DNA from: Promethearchaeota archaeon
GTDB taxonomy: Archaea; Asgardarchaeota; Odinarchaeia; Odinarchaeales; JBHLKK01
Assembly (NCBI GenBank): GCA_048939465.1
Contig: JBHLPL010000035.1
Coordinates: 1-17,468, forward strand
DNA: 17,468 bases
Direction of reading: 5' to 3'
The stretch's first letter is position 1, and every line of letters begins with the position of its first letter. The notes under the pieces were generated by a model. That model was given only the letters and a program-made list of their open reading frames with translations, was not told where the DNA came from and searched no databases. The translations under genes and the position numbers were made by a program. Of the stretch, positions 16,598 through 17,468 are shown one piece after another.

Positions 16598-17468
16598 ATG
16601 AGCTCGGAACAGACCGATCATCCTCTGGTCAAAGCAGACGCAGTAGAAAGAAGGTTATATCAGGAGGTCATTGTTGGAACGGGTGTGGCGCATAATAGCC
16701 TGGTAGTCCTACCAACAGGTCTCGGAAAAACGATCATTGCAGCATTGATTGCAGCGCATCGTCTCCACAAGTATTCTAACTCGAAATGTGTTTTTCTTGC
16801 ACCGACTCGTCCTCTCGTTCTTCAACATCGTAGGACATTTAGAAAGATGTTAGATGTGCCCGAAAGCGAATTGGTTGCTTTTACAGGGTCAATTAAACCA
16901 TTAAAACGAATTCAGCTGTGGAAAGAGAGTAGAATAATCTTCATGACGCCTCAGATACTGGAGAATGACCTCATTGTTGGTAGATATCCAATAGAAGATG
17001 TCTCACTGGTTGTTTTTGACGAAGCTCACAGGGCAGTCGGGAGCTATCCCTACACGTTCATCGCAGAACAGTACCTAAAGCGGGCCAAGAATCCAAGAAT
17101 CCTCGGATTAACTGCGTCCCCAGGTTCATCTAAGACGAAAATAAAGGAAGTATGCGAGAATCTGTTTATCGAAAATGTTGAAGTGCGTACGGAGAAAGAT
17201 TCCGATGTGGCGCCTTACCTTGTACCCATTAAACTCGATTGGAAACTGATTGATCTGCCTCCAGAGCTTTCAACTATCAAAAAAGAATTGGAGGAATTGC
17301 TTAGAGAGAGGCTAAAACTGCTAAAAAGTTATGGATTTGTCAAATCATATGATGTAAAGAAAGTTTCCAGAAAAGACCTGATCGGATTACGGGCAAAAAT
17401 CCAAAAAGAGCTTGGTTCCACTTGTTTAACCAAAGATCAGGTCAAAGAGCTGACAAAGATAGTTTTGA
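16598..17468 (+). CDS. hef: Hef/FANCM (Mph1)-like SF2 DEAH helicase (partial, runs off the right edge)
   Basis: Not in the ORF track because it has no stop in the window. From ATG 16598: MSSEQTDHPLVKADAVERRLYQ...VVLPTGLGKT...FLAPTRPLVLQH...MTPQILENDL...VFDEAHRAVGSYPY...LGLTASPG. Confidence 0.92.
   Translation, partial: MSSEQTDHPLVKADAVERRLYQEVIVGTGVAHNSLVVLPTGLGKTIIAALIAAHRLHKYSNSKCVFLAPTRPLVLQHRRTFRKMLDVPESELVAFTGSIKPLKRIQLWKESRIIFMTPQILENDLIVGRYPIEDVSLVVFDEAHRAVGSYPYTFIAEQYLKRAKNPRILGLTASPGSSKTKIKEVCENLFIENVEVRTEKDSDVAPYLVPIKLDWKLIDLPPELSTIKKELEELLRERLKLLKSYGFVKSYDVKKVSRKDLIGLRAKIQKELGSTCLTKDQVKELTKIVL

Overview
Archaeal chromosomal window, mostly housekeeping genes. Genes include an MBL-fold hydrolase (partial), a DUF6144-like protein, the RNase G/E-like FAU-1, an HTH-CBS regulator, an ICMT/Ste14-like membrane methyltransferase, a four-gene uL3-uL4-uL23-uL2 cluster, a SPOUT methyltransferase - XPF nuclease - EF-2 run, a DUF2070 membrane protein, a PRC-barrel-like protein and the start of a Hef/FANCM-like helicase. 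Three tRNAs are present: Leu-GAG with two introns, Gly-CCC, and Arg-TCG with one intron. The main result is that the EF-2 gene, split into two ORFs in the track, is interrupted by a 31-nt insertion inside the GTPase RGITI (switch I) motif. The insertion folds into a relaxed bulge-helix-bulge (BHB) like the neighbouring tRNA introns, and removing it restores a continuous 730-aa EF-2. This points to a tRNA-type intron in a protein-coding gene. This EF-2 also lacks the diphthamide-target His, so it looks like a divergent paralog. Several IS200/IS605-type end hairpins are scattered in intergenic DNA. One ~210-bp protein-free mini-element has its own TATA box and an omegaRNA-like 3' region. A TACK/Bathyarchaeia- or Asgard-like host is an inference only; no database searches were run.
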